DNA of 64,000 bases from IMG/VR virus record IMGVR_UViG_3300002835_000025. One strand, given 5' to 3'. Source of the stretch: a virus. Positions within the stretch are counted from its first letter, which is position 1; the number at the start of each line of letters is the position of its first letter. Positions 28,877-37,426 of the stretch are shown here, piece after piece. Made by a program: the position numbers and the translations under genes. Under the pieces are notes generated by a model. It was not told the DNA's origin. It did not search any database and saw only the letters and a program-made list of their open reading frames with translations.

Positions 28877-30360
28877 TGACAATTATTAAAGTCGAAAAAT
28901 ACAATGAAGCCTTTATTAGAATATTCTCTGACAGAGGAGTTGAACAGGAACTTTCAGAGTTTTTTAAATTTGCTGTTCCTGGAGCAAAGTACATGCCTAA
29001 ATTTAAAGCCAAAATATGGGATGGATATTGCAGACTTTATAATACTCAAACAAAAACCCTATATGCTGGACTAATAAATTATGTAAAAGAATTTGCAGAA
29101 AGAAATGATTATGAATTACAAATTGATGACGGAATTACTTACGACAATGGAATAAAGCTAAATCATGTAGAAGACTTTGCTAAATTATTGAAACTTCATT
29201 CAAAGAATAAGCCAATAGAATTACGCGATTATCAATTCAATGCAATACATAAGGCATTGAATGAATGCAGAACATTATTGATAAGTCCTACTTCAAGTGG
29301 AAAATCAGCAATCATTTACACTCTAATAAGATGGTTCACTGCAAAGAATTTAAAGTGTCTAATAATCGTTCCTAATACGTCATTAGTAGAACAATTATAC
29401 TCAGATTTTGAGGATTATTCTTCTCATAATGGTTGGTCAATTGAGAACAACTGTCAAAAATTATATTCAGGGCTGTCTAAGGATTTCAAAAAAAACGTAC
29501 TATTAACAACATGGCAATCAACATTTAAATTGTCCAAAGAATGGTGTAATCAATTTGACGTAGTAATTTCAGATGAAGCACATTTAGCAAAGGCTACAAG
29601 TCAAACTTCAATGTTTGAAAAAATGACAGATGTAAAGTATAGAATTGGAACTACTGGTACAATAGACAATACACAAATTTCACAACTTCAATTAGAAGGA
29701 ATACTTGGTCCAGTTCACCGAGTAATTACTACTAAAGAATTAATGGATTCAAACCGAGTAGTCAATCTTTCTATAAAATGTTTGTTGTTAAAATACCCTG
29801 AAGAAATTAGAAAGATTATGTGCTCTGCTAAATACCAAGCAGAAATGGACTATATTATTTCAAATGAAAAACGTAATAAATTCATAGTTAATTTAGCATT
29901 ACAACAGTCAGGAAATACTCTAATACTTTTCCAATTTGTTGAGAAACATGGAAAAGTATTACAAAAAATGATTAATGAAAAAATAGACAACAATAGAAAA
30001 GTTTATTATATAAGTGGTGAAACTGCTACAGAAGAAAGAGAACTAATAAGACATACTGCTGAAAAAGAATCTAATGCTATTATTCTTGCAAGTTTTGGAA
30101 CAATGTCTACTGGTGTAAATATGCCATCAATAGAAAATATTATCTTCTCTAGTCCTTCAAAATCAAAAATTAGAAATTTACAATCCATTGGTAGAGGACT
30201 AAGATTAAAAGAAGGAAAGAATAGTTGTAATCTGTATGACATTGCTGATAACTTTTCTTATAAATCAAAATCTAATCATACTTTAGGTCATTTAGCAGAA
30301 AGAATTAAGACTTATACAAATGAAGAATTTGATATGAAAATTATTAATATTAATCTTTAA
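28876..30360 (+). CDS. uvsW: SF2 helicase UvsW
   Basis: WDG..RL, LRDYQ, SPTSSGKS, DEAH and LQSIGRGLR. Confidence 0.95.
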   Translation: MTIIKVEKYNEAFIRIFSDRGVEQELSEFFKFAVPGAKYMPKFKAKIWDGYCRLYNTQTKTLYAGLINYVKEFAERNDYELQIDDGITYDNGIKLNHVEDFAKLLKLHSKNKPIELRDYQFNAIHKALNECRTLLISPTSSGKSAIIYTLIRWFTAKNLKCLIIVPNTSLVEQLYSDFEDYSSHNGWSIENNCQKLYSGLSKDFKKNVLLTTWQSTFKLSKEWCNQFDVVISDEAHLAKATSQTSMFEKMTDVKYRIGTTGTIDNTQISQLQLEGILGPVHRVITTKELMDSNRVVNLSIKCLLLKYPEEIRKIMCSAKYQAEMDYIISNEKRNKFIVNLALQQSGNTLILFQFVEKHGKVLQKMINEKIDNNRKVYYISGETATEERELIRHTAEKESNAIILASFGTMSTGVNMPSIENIIFSSPSKSKIRNLQSIGRGLRLKEGKNSCNLYDIADNFSYKSKSNHTLGHLAERIKTYTNEEFDMKIININL

Positions 30361-30422
30361 TTAGTATTGATAAAACCAGTTAATAGAATTATACATCATT
30401 TCCGGTCAAAAGTAAACATTAT
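30359..30422 (-). repeat. Minus-strand early promoter with conserved leader, copy 1
   Basis: Near-identical to 57176-57238; GTTTAC-N18-TATAAT on - (30388-30417). Confidence 0.75.
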
Positions 30423-30642
30423 GAAATAATTATTTTTAATGAAAATGGTAACTTTAATATAAGTTAATGATATGTAATGGATTTATTCAGAACGGGTCAA
30501 CCAGACACACTTTTTTAAAAATAAGACATATATTCCATCATCTTCAAGAAAATCATGAAAAACTAGTCCCTAAGTCAATGATTCTATTACTAGTAATTTC
30601 ATGAAAAACACACGGTTCTGACTATCTTACGAAAATCATAAT

Positions 30643-30672
30643 GTTTACAAATGTGTGTTTGTATTATATAAT
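30643..30672 (+). promoter_or_regulatory. Early sigma70-like promoter
   Basis: GTTTAC-N18-TATAAT. Confidence 0.75.
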
Positions 30673-30702
30673 AAAGAATACAAAACTAATTGGAGTTATA
30701 TC

Positions 30703-31245
30703 ATGGCAGATTATATAGACAACAAAGCCTTCTATGAAGCTATTGTAGAAAGAAAACAACTATTAAAATTATCAGAGGAACGGGGTCTTCCTAAACCGGT
30801 CATTACTGAATACCTTGGTGAATGCATCTTACTAATCGCCTCAAAATTAGCAGCAAAAGGCAATTTTAATGGTTATTCATTCAAAGACGAAATGATTTCT
30901 GATGCTATTGAAAACTGTATACTATACTTTGATAAATTCGATCACGAAAAATATTCTAATCCATTTGCATACTTTACTCAAATAGTCTATTTTGCTTATC
31001 TTAGAAGAATTGCAAAAGAAAAACATCAATTTCTTCTTAAACACAAAATTATACAATCTGTTGGAAATAAAGTCTTAGATCTGCAGGGGCATGATGACGA
31101 CATAGAATTTGTGAATTCTTACAGAGAATTCTTACAACAATTTTCTAATGTTGAACAACCAGAAGTATTAAAAAAAGATAAAGTATTAAAAGAGAAATTA
31201 TTAAGCACTTCTACTCTTGATTCATTATACGGAGAATTAGTATGA
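30703..31245 (+). CDS. gp55: Late sigma factor gp55
   Basis: YIDNK.F, NF.GYSFKDEMISDAIENC and NPFAYFTQ..YFAYLRRI.KEK; start moved to the ATG after the GGAG RBS. Confidence 0.95.
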   Translation: MADYIDNKAFYEAIVERKQLLKLSEERGLPKPVITEYLGECILLIASKLAAKGNFNGYSFKDEMISDAIENCILYFDKFDHEKYSNPFAYFTQIVYFAYLRRIAKEKHQFLLKHKIIQSVGNKVLDLQGHDDDIEFVNSYREFLQQFSNVEQPEVLKKDKVLKEKLLSTSTLDSLYGELV

Positions 31246-32297
31246 AGATTGCTATTCTTGGTGATACTCATTTTGGTGTACGGAATGGAAGTCCTGCTTT
31301 CCATGAATTATTCGAATCATTCTATTCTGAATTGTTTATTCCATACTTAAAAGAAAATAACATCACCCAAGTATTCCAATTGGGTGACCTATTTGACCAA
31401 CGTAAAAAAATCGATTTCAATTCTCTGTCTGAATGCAAAAGATATTTCTTTCAACCTCTAGAAGAAGCCGGAATAGAACTATCTACACTGTTAGGCAATC
31501 ACGACTTGTACTTTCGTGAATCACTTAAAATCAGTTCAACTGGTCTGATTCTTGGTGAATTTTCTAACATCAATGTCTATGATGATATTGAAACTGTTAT
31601 TTTAGGTGACGGAACCACTATTGATATTATTCCCTGGATATGTAAAGAAAACGAAGAAAAATTTATAAATTATGTAAAGAAAAGTAAATCAGATCTATGT
31701 TTTGGGCATTTCGAAATACAAAACTTCGCAATGTATAAAAATATGGAATCTCAACACGGAATCCCTTCTTCTCTATTTGAAAGATATGAAGGAGTTTATT
31801 CTGGTCATTATCACACAAAATCATCAAGAGACAATATTCATTATGTTGGCACTCCTTATGAAATGACTTGGTCTGACTATAATGATCCTAAAGGTTTCCA
31901 TGTATTTGATACAGTAACTAGGAAATTAGAATTTATAGAAAGCCAATTTACAATTTTCCATAGACATGAATATAATGATGAAATAAATGATTATTCTAAA
32001 TTTGACATTACTAATTTCCAAAAGAAATATATCAAATTAGTAGTTGAAAACAAAACTGACTTTTATAAATTTGACCAATTTATTAACAAGTTATATGACT
32101 CTAATATTCATGAACTAAAAATACTAGAAGACCTTTCAGACTTCTCTGAAGGAGATATTGATTCGGAATCCATCAATATAGAAAATACTCTTGATGTATT
32201 AGAAAATTATATTGATTCTATTGCCGATGAATCTAACAAGTCTGATATTAAACTATTTCTTAGAACGTTATATTTGGAAGCTCAGGAGTCATTATGA
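31242..32297 (+). CDS. gp47: Recombination nuclease gp47 (Mre11/SbcD-like)
   Basis: GDTHFG, LGDLFD, GNHD and SGHYH. Confidence 0.95.
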   Translation: MKIAILGDTHFGVRNGSPAFHELFESFYSELFIPYLKENNITQVFQLGDLFDQRKKIDFNSLSECKRYFFQPLEEAGIELSTLLGNHDLYFRESLKISSTGLILGEFSNINVYDDIETVILGDGTTIDIIPWICKENEEKFINYVKKSKSDLCFGHFEIQNFAMYKNMESQHGIPSSLFERYEGVYSGHYHTKSSRDNIHYVGTPYEMTWSDYNDPKGFHVFDTVTRKLEFIESQFTIFHRHEYNDEINDYSKFDITNFQKKYIKLVVENKTDFYKFDQFINKLYDSNIHELKILEDLSDFSEGDIDSESINIENTLDVLENYIDSIADESNKSDIKLFLRTLYLEAQESL

Positions 32298-34006
32298 TAC
32301 AGTTCAAGTCAATAGAATGGTCAAATTTATTATCAACCGGTAATGTTCCTAATAGAATCCAATTAGATAGTCATAACACTACTCTTATTATTGGAAAAAA
32401 TGGTAATGGAAAATCGACAGTTCTTGACGCATTAACTTTCGTGTTATTCGGGAAATCATTCAGAAGCATTAGCAAGAACCAATTGATAAATTCCATCAAT
32501 GGAAAAAATACTAAAGTTTCGGTAGAATTTGATACAAATGGAAGTTCTTACAAAGTAATTCGTGGAATAAAACCAAACATTTTTGAAATATACAAAAATG
32601 AAGAATTATTAACACAAGACGCCGCATTAAAAGATTATCAACTAATCCTTGAACAACAAATTCTTAAAATGAATTATAGAGCATTCACTCAAGTGGTAAT
32701 TCTTGGTTCATCATCATTCGTTCCTTTCATGCAATTATCAACAGGGAATCGAAGAGAAGTCATAGAAGATATTCTTGACATACGAATTTTTAGTACTATG
32801 AATTCTTTACTAAAAGAAAAAATCCAAACCACTAAAAGAGAATTGGAATTAGTAGACAATACTATTAATAGATCAAAGTCTGAAATTGAAAGCCAAAAGT
32901 CCATAATAAAGAATTTAGAAACTAGCAAAAATAAACATGTTGATAGTATCAGAACCCGAATAGATAGTAATATTACTGAGATTAACGATACTAATGAATC
33001 TATATCAAAAATTGAATCTGAAGTTGATTCATTAGTAATGAGCATATCCGATGCAAATACAATCACTGAAGTCATATCACATGCTAAATCTTTATTAAGA
33101 ACTCATACTCATAATAATGATCTATTGGATAAGACTATAAAATTCTTTGACAATAATGAAAACTGTCCTCAGTGTTCACAGGAAATTCCTCATGAACATA
33201 AATTTTCCATAAAGGACAATCTAGTCTTAGAATATGAAATGAACAAATCAGAAATTGAAAGCATAACTTCAGAGATTACTAGTTATGTTCAAAGACAAAA
33301 AGAAATAGAGCAAATAGATAATAAAATTCGTCAATTGAGAAATGAAATATATACTTACAATTCAAAATTAGAAATATTAACTTCTCAAAACATATCACTA
33401 CAATCTGACATTGATAACCTTCAATTAGACAAGGGTGATATAGATAAAGAGAAATTAAAATTAAAAGAATTAGCAAACATTGCTATGGAAAATGTTAAAC
33501 AAAAAACTTCTCTACAAGAAAGAAGAAATATTGAAGACATATCATCAATTCTTTTAAAAGATACTGGTATAAAATCTGCAGTTATTCGTGAATACTTACC
33601 AGTAATGAATACACTAATAAATAAGTACCTTTCTGCAATGGATTTTTATGTTAAATTTGAACTTGATGAAACATTCTCAGAAACTATAAAATCAAGACAC
33701 CGCGACGATTTTACATATTCTAGCTTTTCTGAAGGTGAAAAGAATCGCATAGATTTAGCATTACTGTTTGCATGGAGAGAAATAGCAAAACTTAAGAACT
33801 CTGCAAATACTAATCTATTATTACTGGATGAGGTATTAGATGGTAGTCTTGATGTTAATGGTACAGATTTCATTATAAATTTATTGACTCAACTTGGTGA
33901 TATTTGTAATGTGTTCGTTATTAGCCACAATATAGATCAAATAGTCGATAAATTTGACAGAGTATTAACCGTAGAAAAAAGAAATGATTTTAGTGTAATT
34001 ATTTGA
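32294..34006 (+). CDS. gp46: Recombination ATPase gp46 (Rad50/SbcC-like)
   Basis: GKNGNGKST, CPQC hook, FSEGEK and LLDEVLDGSLD. Confidence 0.95.
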   Translation: MIQFKSIEWSNLLSTGNVPNRIQLDSHNTTLIIGKNGNGKSTVLDALTFVLFGKSFRSISKNQLINSINGKNTKVSVEFDTNGSSYKVIRGIKPNIFEIYKNEELLTQDAALKDYQLILEQQILKMNYRAFTQVVILGSSSFVPFMQLSTGNRREVIEDILDIRIFSTMNSLLKEKIQTTKRELELVDNTINRSKSEIESQKSIIKNLETSKNKHVDSIRTRIDSNITEINDTNESISKIESEVDSLVMSISDANTITEVISHAKSLLRTHTHNNDLLDKTIKFFDNNENCPQCSQEIPHEHKFSIKDNLVLEYEMNKSEIESITSEITSYVQRQKEIEQIDNKIRQLRNEIYTYNSKLEILTSQNISLQSDIDNLQLDKGDIDKEKLKLKELANIAMENVKQKTSLQERRNIEDISSILLKDTGIKSAVIREYLPVMNTLINKYLSAMDFYVKFELDETFSETIKSRHRDDFTYSSFSEGEKNRIDLALLFAWREIAKLKNSANTNLLLLDEVLDGSLDVNGTDFIINLLTQLGDICNVFVISHNIDQIVDKFDRVLTVEKRNDFSVII

Positions 34007-34014
34007 AAATAAAT

Positions 34015-34044
34015 GTTTACTTTTCGATAAGCATATAGTATAAT
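34015..34044 (+). promoter_or_regulatory. Early promoter
   Basis: GTTTAC-N18-TATAAT. Confidence 0.75.
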
Positions 34045-34081
34045 AGACTCATATTAAATAACCATGAAGAGTAATTAAATT

Positions 34082-34285
34082 ATGAAAACCCAAACTGTAG
34101 AAGCTGAAGTTTTAGAAGTAAGAGCTTATATGACAAGCAAATCATATACTGCAAAAGTTTATATTCCAATCGAAGGTTGTCTCTCAATGGACAAGATGTA
34201 CTTCAATGGTAATACTAAAACTGAAGCAAAACAAAAAGCAAGAAATACTTTAAAAGTTAAAGGTTTTGCTGTAAAGTTTGTATAA
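34082..34285 (+). CDS. Hypothetical early protein
   Basis: 67-aa basic ORF downstream of a promoter. Confidence 0.6.
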   Translation: MKTQTVEAEVLEVRAYMTSKSYTAKVYIPIEGCLSMDKMYFNGNTKTEAKQKARNTLKVKGFAVKFV

Positions 34286-34293
34286 GGAATAGA

Positions 34294-34370
34294 GGGCCTC
34301 TAGCTCAATTGGTTAGAGCATCCGACTCATAATCGGCAGGTTTCAGGTTCAAGTCCTGAGTGGCCCACCA
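34294..34370 (+). tRNA. tRNA with CAT anticodon (likely Ile2; Met not excluded)
   Basis: Cloverleaf; CT-CAT-AA loop; GGTTCAAGTCC; encoded CCA. Confidence 0.88.
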
Positions 34371-34373
34371 AAT

Positions 34374-34491
34374 GGCATCATCGGAATTACTGTAAAATTC
34401 CTTAGCCTATCGGGAATTAAATAAGATAGGAGTGCACCGAACCAGCTTGTGCACAATGAGTGGACTGGTGACAGCTTGGAAAGACAAGCAC
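34374..34491 (+). ncRNA. Small structured RNA in the tRNA cluster (C4-antisense-like 3' hairpin)
   Basis: Hairpins GGAATT/AATTCC, CCTATC/GATAGG and ACCAG/CTGGT, then GTGACA-GCTT-GGAAAGAC-AAGC. Confidence 0.45.
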
Positions 34492-34501
34492 ATTATAATT
34501 T

Positions 34502-34576
34502 CTCCATGTAGCATAATGGTAGTGTGTGGGTCCGCAAAACCTTAAGGTATCGGTTCAAATCCGGTCATGGAGTCCA
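34502..34576 (+). tRNA. tRNA-Cys(GCA), atypical C33
   Basis: Acceptor CTCCATG/CATGGAG; U73; CCA; loop CC-GCA-AA. Confidence 0.78.
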
Positions 34577-34597
34577 ATTGCATAAATACGAAATAAT

Positions 34598-34681
34598 GGA
34601 GGTCGAGCGGCATAGGTGACTGCGGCGGACTGTAAATCCGTGCCCAAAGGGCACCTGGTTCGAATCCAGGGATCTCCACCA
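34598..34681 (+). tRNA. tRNA-Tyr(GTA)
   Basis: CT-GTA-AA loop; long variable arm; GGTTCGAATCC; ACCA. Confidence 0.88.
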
Positions 34682-34701
34682 ATTACAAAGACTTATTAGG
34701 T

Positions 34702-34775
34702 GTGACTATGACGGAATTGGTAGACGTCCTCGATTGTGATTCGAGATTTTGTGGGTTCAAGTCCCACTAGTCACC
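34702..34775 (+). tRNA. tRNA-His(GTG), no encoded G-1 or CCA
   Basis: Acceptor GTGACTA/TAGTCAC; C73; TT-GTG-AT loop. Confidence 0.82.
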
Positions 34776-34792
34776 CCTAATAAGTTTTAAAT

Positions 34793-34867
34793 GCCCTATT
34801 AGTATAATGGTTATTACAATTGACTTGTAATCTTTAGATTTCGGTTCGATTCCGGAATGGGGCTCCA
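34793..34867 (+). tRNA. tRNA-Thr(TGT)
   Basis: CT-TGT-AA loop; GGTTCGATTCC; CCA; imperfect anticodon stem. Confidence 0.8.
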
Positions 34868-34925
34868 AATGTAGAAATGGTGCTAGGCGTGGCCCACGTT
34901 AAAAACAGAATACGCCCTTTATATT

Positions 34926-34999
34926 GCGGGATTAGTTTAATGATAGAACAGCAGATTTCCAATCTCCTAGTAAGGGTTTGATTCCCTTATCCCGCTCCA
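34926..34999 (+). tRNA. tRNA-Gly(TCC)
   Basis: GCGGGAT/ATCCCGC acceptor; U73; CCA; TT-TCC-AA loop; D and T loops atypical. Confidence 0.8.
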
Positions 35000-35026
35000 A
35001 TCACTCTCCTAAGGTGACAACACTAT

Positions 35027-35054
35027 AGCTCAATTAAATATTGAGCTTTTTTTT
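35027..35054 (+). terminator. Intrinsic terminator after the tRNA cluster
   Basis: AGCTCAAT-TAAAT-ATTGAGCT followed by a T run. Confidence 0.85.
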
Positions 35055-35083
35055 GTGTACAATCTGGAAAATTAGTGTATAAT
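35055..35083 (+). promoter_or_regulatory. Early promoter
   Basis: GTGTAC-N17-TATAAT. Confidence 0.7.
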
Positions 35084-35101
35084 GGTACCATACTAACTTA
35101 A

Positions 35102-35509
35102 ATGGGAATTATAATGAATAAGAAATTATCAAAAGAAGCCAAATTGAAACATGATTGGATGGACTTTAATAAACAATACAGAGGCCAACCAAAATTGAAA
35201 ATGACGTTTGACGAATATACTAATTGGATTTTTGGTAAAACGCCTAAACCTAAAGCATCTAACAAAGCAATAATAGTTGGAAGACCTTGTTGGGCAACTA
35301 AAGATAATATACCATCATTGATAGGAAATTCTAAAGCTAGTCTAGGTAAAAATTCAATGGTAGAAAAAGTAACACAAGGAAAAATTACGGGCGATGCTGC
35401 AGAAAAAATTATTCGTAATTCCAAAAGAATAGGAATAGCATATAATAAGGGTAGTTATCAGTATATCACTGATGAAACAGATGCTAAAACTATTGGAAAA
35501 AAGATTTAA
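35102..35509 (+). CDS. Conserved hypothetical T4-like protein
   Basis: Basic ORF with C-terminal AYNKGSYQYIT motif. Confidence 0.6.
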   Translation: MGIIMNKKLSKEAKLKHDWMDFNKQYRGQPKLKMTFDEYTNWIFGKTPKPKASNKAIIVGRPCWATKDNIPSLIGNSKASLGKNSMVEKVTQGKITGDAAEKIIRNSKRIGIAYNKGSYQYITDETDAKTIGKKI

Positions 35510-35517
35510 GGACATAT

Positions 35518-35808
35518 ATGTTGTGCATTTCAGATCAAATAGTTTCAATGGTTACACTCTTCTTCTCATCGTTTTTCATAATAATGTTATTAGGAGTTCA
35601 ATCACAATTAGTCAAAAATAAGGAAGTACTGCCGTCATTCTGTACAGCATTAATGGTAGGTTCTTTACAATTATTCTTATACAAAGCAACACCAAATGCT
35701 GGACTAGCAGAATCTGCATGTTATATCATTGGAGGTGCTTTAGGATTAGTTTCATCAATCTATGTTCATAATCTATGGCTAAAAATAACCGGACAAACTG
35801 AAAAATAA
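35518..35808 (+). CDS. Small membrane protein (3 predicted TM segments)
   Basis: Hydrophobic stretches; AAGGA RBS. Confidence 0.6.
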   Translation: MLCISDQIVSMVTLFFSSFFIIMLLGVQSQLVKNKEVLPSFCTALMVGSLQLFLYKATPNAGLAESACYIIGGALGLVSSIYVHNLWLKITGQTEK

Positions 35809-35809
35809 A

Positions 35810-35839
35810 GTGTACATATTCACGGAACATGTATATAAT
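35810..35839 (+). promoter_or_regulatory. Early promoter
   Basis: GTGTAC-N18-TATAAT; leader similar to the 34015 promoter. Confidence 0.7.
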
Positions 35840-35876
35840 AGACTCATACTAAATAAACTTGAAGAGGAACTACATC

Positions 35877-36254
35877 ATGGCTACATATTATAAAGACGAA
35901 ATATATGTCGGAAAATTTTCATACCCAAATGGCAAACAATCGCACATAATTCTTGCTTGTAAAGAAACTGAATATTCTGAAACTTGGAAAACTTGCATTG
36001 ATAGACCATTGATACTAACAGGAACATTAGATGAAGAACGTCATTATGACTATCGTTTACCAACTATTGAAGAATGGGATTTCATTTTTGACACTCTTCC
36101 AGAAGAAGAATTTTCATTAGGAGCTCATTGGTCGAGTACTAAATACCTATATGACCAAATATGGGGAAGATCTACAATGGGAATTAGTTATGGACCAATG
36201 ACAGAACTCCACATTTGTAGAAAAATTCGTACTGTTGATTTAGGAGCTGAATAA
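35877..36254 (+). CDS. Stand-alone Lcl/DUF1566-like protein
   Basis: DYRLPTIEEW...HWSST...CRKIR; ATG after GAGGA. Confidence 0.55.
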   Translation: MATYYKDEIYVGKFSYPNGKQSHIILACKETEYSETWKTCIDRPLILTGTLDEERHYDYRLPTIEEWDFIFDTLPEEEFSLGAHWSSTKYLYDQIWGRSTMGISYGPMTELHICRKIRTVDLGAE

Positions 36255-36700
36255 TGAGAATTGAAGACTTTCCAGAAATTATTGAAGTTCAGGATTATTT
36301 TAGTGGTAATTATTTTACTGAACATAAAAATATTTTGTCCAATACTACTTATCGTGAACTTGAACCTAAAAGTGGTTACACCTTAACCATTAAGAACAAT
36401 AATGATTATGAAGAACTAGTAAAAGAATCTAATTTATTTCAATTCTATCATGCAAACGAATATCTTGGAGCTTGGTCATATTATAAAGCACAATTGCCAA
36501 TTTATATTGAAGGCAACTTTACCGATGTTCTATATGAAGATAAGATAAAATTCGAACAGGAATATGGCATCAAATTAGTAACTGGAGTTGTTGATCGATT
36601 CTATAGTGGAAATTATTGCAATGCTGGTAATGTGCAATTTCCATATCGCCTTTACATTTATGAAGATTATGAATTAGGAGACTACAAAAATGATTACTAA
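36254..36700 (+). CDS. Hypothetical protein
   Basis: AGGAG RBS; coupled ORF. Confidence 0.6.
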   Translation: MRIEDFPEIIEVQDYFSGNYFTEHKNILSNTTYRELEPKSGYTLTIKNNNDYEELVKESNLFQFYHANEYLGAWSYYKAQLPIYIEGNFTDVLYEDKIKFEQEYGIKLVTGVVDRFYSGNYCNAGNVQFPYRLYIYEDYELGDYKNDY

Positions 36701-36773
36701 TACTACGATGATTGCTGCCATTATTATCTTTACAATTATCATTATGGAATTTTACGATGACAACTTCCGTTGA
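36690..36773 (+). CDS. Small hydrophobic peptide (27 aa)
   Basis: MITNTTMIAAIIIFTIIIMEFYDDNFR with AGGAG RBS. Confidence 0.4.
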   Translation: MITNTTMIAAIIIFTIIIMEFYDDNFR

Positions 36774-36963
36774 GATTTACCCATATTGGGCTCGATATAT
36801 AGCAAAGGATGCTGATGGACAATGGAACTGTTTTGAATATTCACCAACATATGATGGTATAAAATGGACTTCGCCATATAAGACAAAACGGATGAAAATT
36901 AAGAATGTTAACACCGTGGACCCGGAAAAATCTTATACGGTTCTACCTCAACGAGGAAGATGA
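36757..36963 (+). CDS. Hypothetical protein
   Basis: WARYIAKDADGQW..FE..P motif seen in small phage proteins. Confidence 0.55.
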   Translation: MTTSVEIYPYWARYIAKDADGQWNCFEYSPTYDGIKWTSPYKTKRMKIKNVNTVDPEKSYTVLPQRGR

Positions 36964-36964
36964 T

Positions 36965-37369
36965 ATGAGTTTAGCGTTTTCAGATGACTATGACAGAGGA
37001 GCAAGAATGACTCAATTTGAATATGATCAGAAATATGTTTCAAAATTAAATGATGTAAAAGCATCGCAAACAGCTACTACTGGTGGAAGAAAATTTGATG
37101 GTGGTAAACCAGAGTTTGGTCTTATTCCACCATTAGCACTTACTGAAACTGCCAGAGTAATGACTTATGGTGCTCATAAATATGAACCTGATAACTGGAT
37201 TCATGTACCAGATGCTAAACGCAGATATTTTAATGCTGCTCAAAGACACCAATGGGAATATCGTGAAGGTGAGGAATTAGATTCCGAATCTCAACTTCAT
37301 CATATTGCTCATGCTATCTGCAATTTAATGTTCCTTTATGAACATGTAGTAAAATATTCAAAGGAATAA
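36965..37369 (+). CDS. dATP/dGTP diphosphohydrolase-like protein (DUF5664)
   Basis: KFDGGKP...IPP, GAHKYEPDNW, AAQRH and DSESQLHHIAHAICNLMFL. Confidence 0.8.
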   Translation: MSLAFSDDYDRGARMTQFEYDQKYVSKLNDVKASQTATTGGRKFDGGKPEFGLIPPLALTETARVMTYGAHKYEPDNWIHVPDAKRRYFNAAQRHQWEYREGEELDSESQLHHIAHAICNLMFLYEHVVKYSKE

Positions 37370-37370
37370 T

Positions 37371-37400
37371 GTTTAAAATTTAAGCAAACTGTGATATAAT
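37371..37400 (+). promoter_or_regulatory. Early promoter
   Basis: GTTTAA-N18-TATAAT with TG extension. Confidence 0.6.
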
Positions 37401-37426
37401 ATCATTTTATTAATTATGGAGTTATT

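Noticed and set aside
30571-30583. IHF-like site between divergent promoters
   Set aside because: One mismatch to a degenerate consensus in AT-rich DNA; not distinguishable from chance
34868-34925. Possible extra tRNA or ribozyme between tRNA-Thr and tRNA-Gly
   Set aside because: Only a 5-bp stem (GGCGT/ACGCC); no cloverleaf or catalytic motif recognised
35010-35028. Resemblance to the SP6 promoter (AGGTGAC..ACACTATAG)
   Set aside because: Contains a 2-nt insertion, is single-copy, and no single-subunit RNAP is present; likely chance
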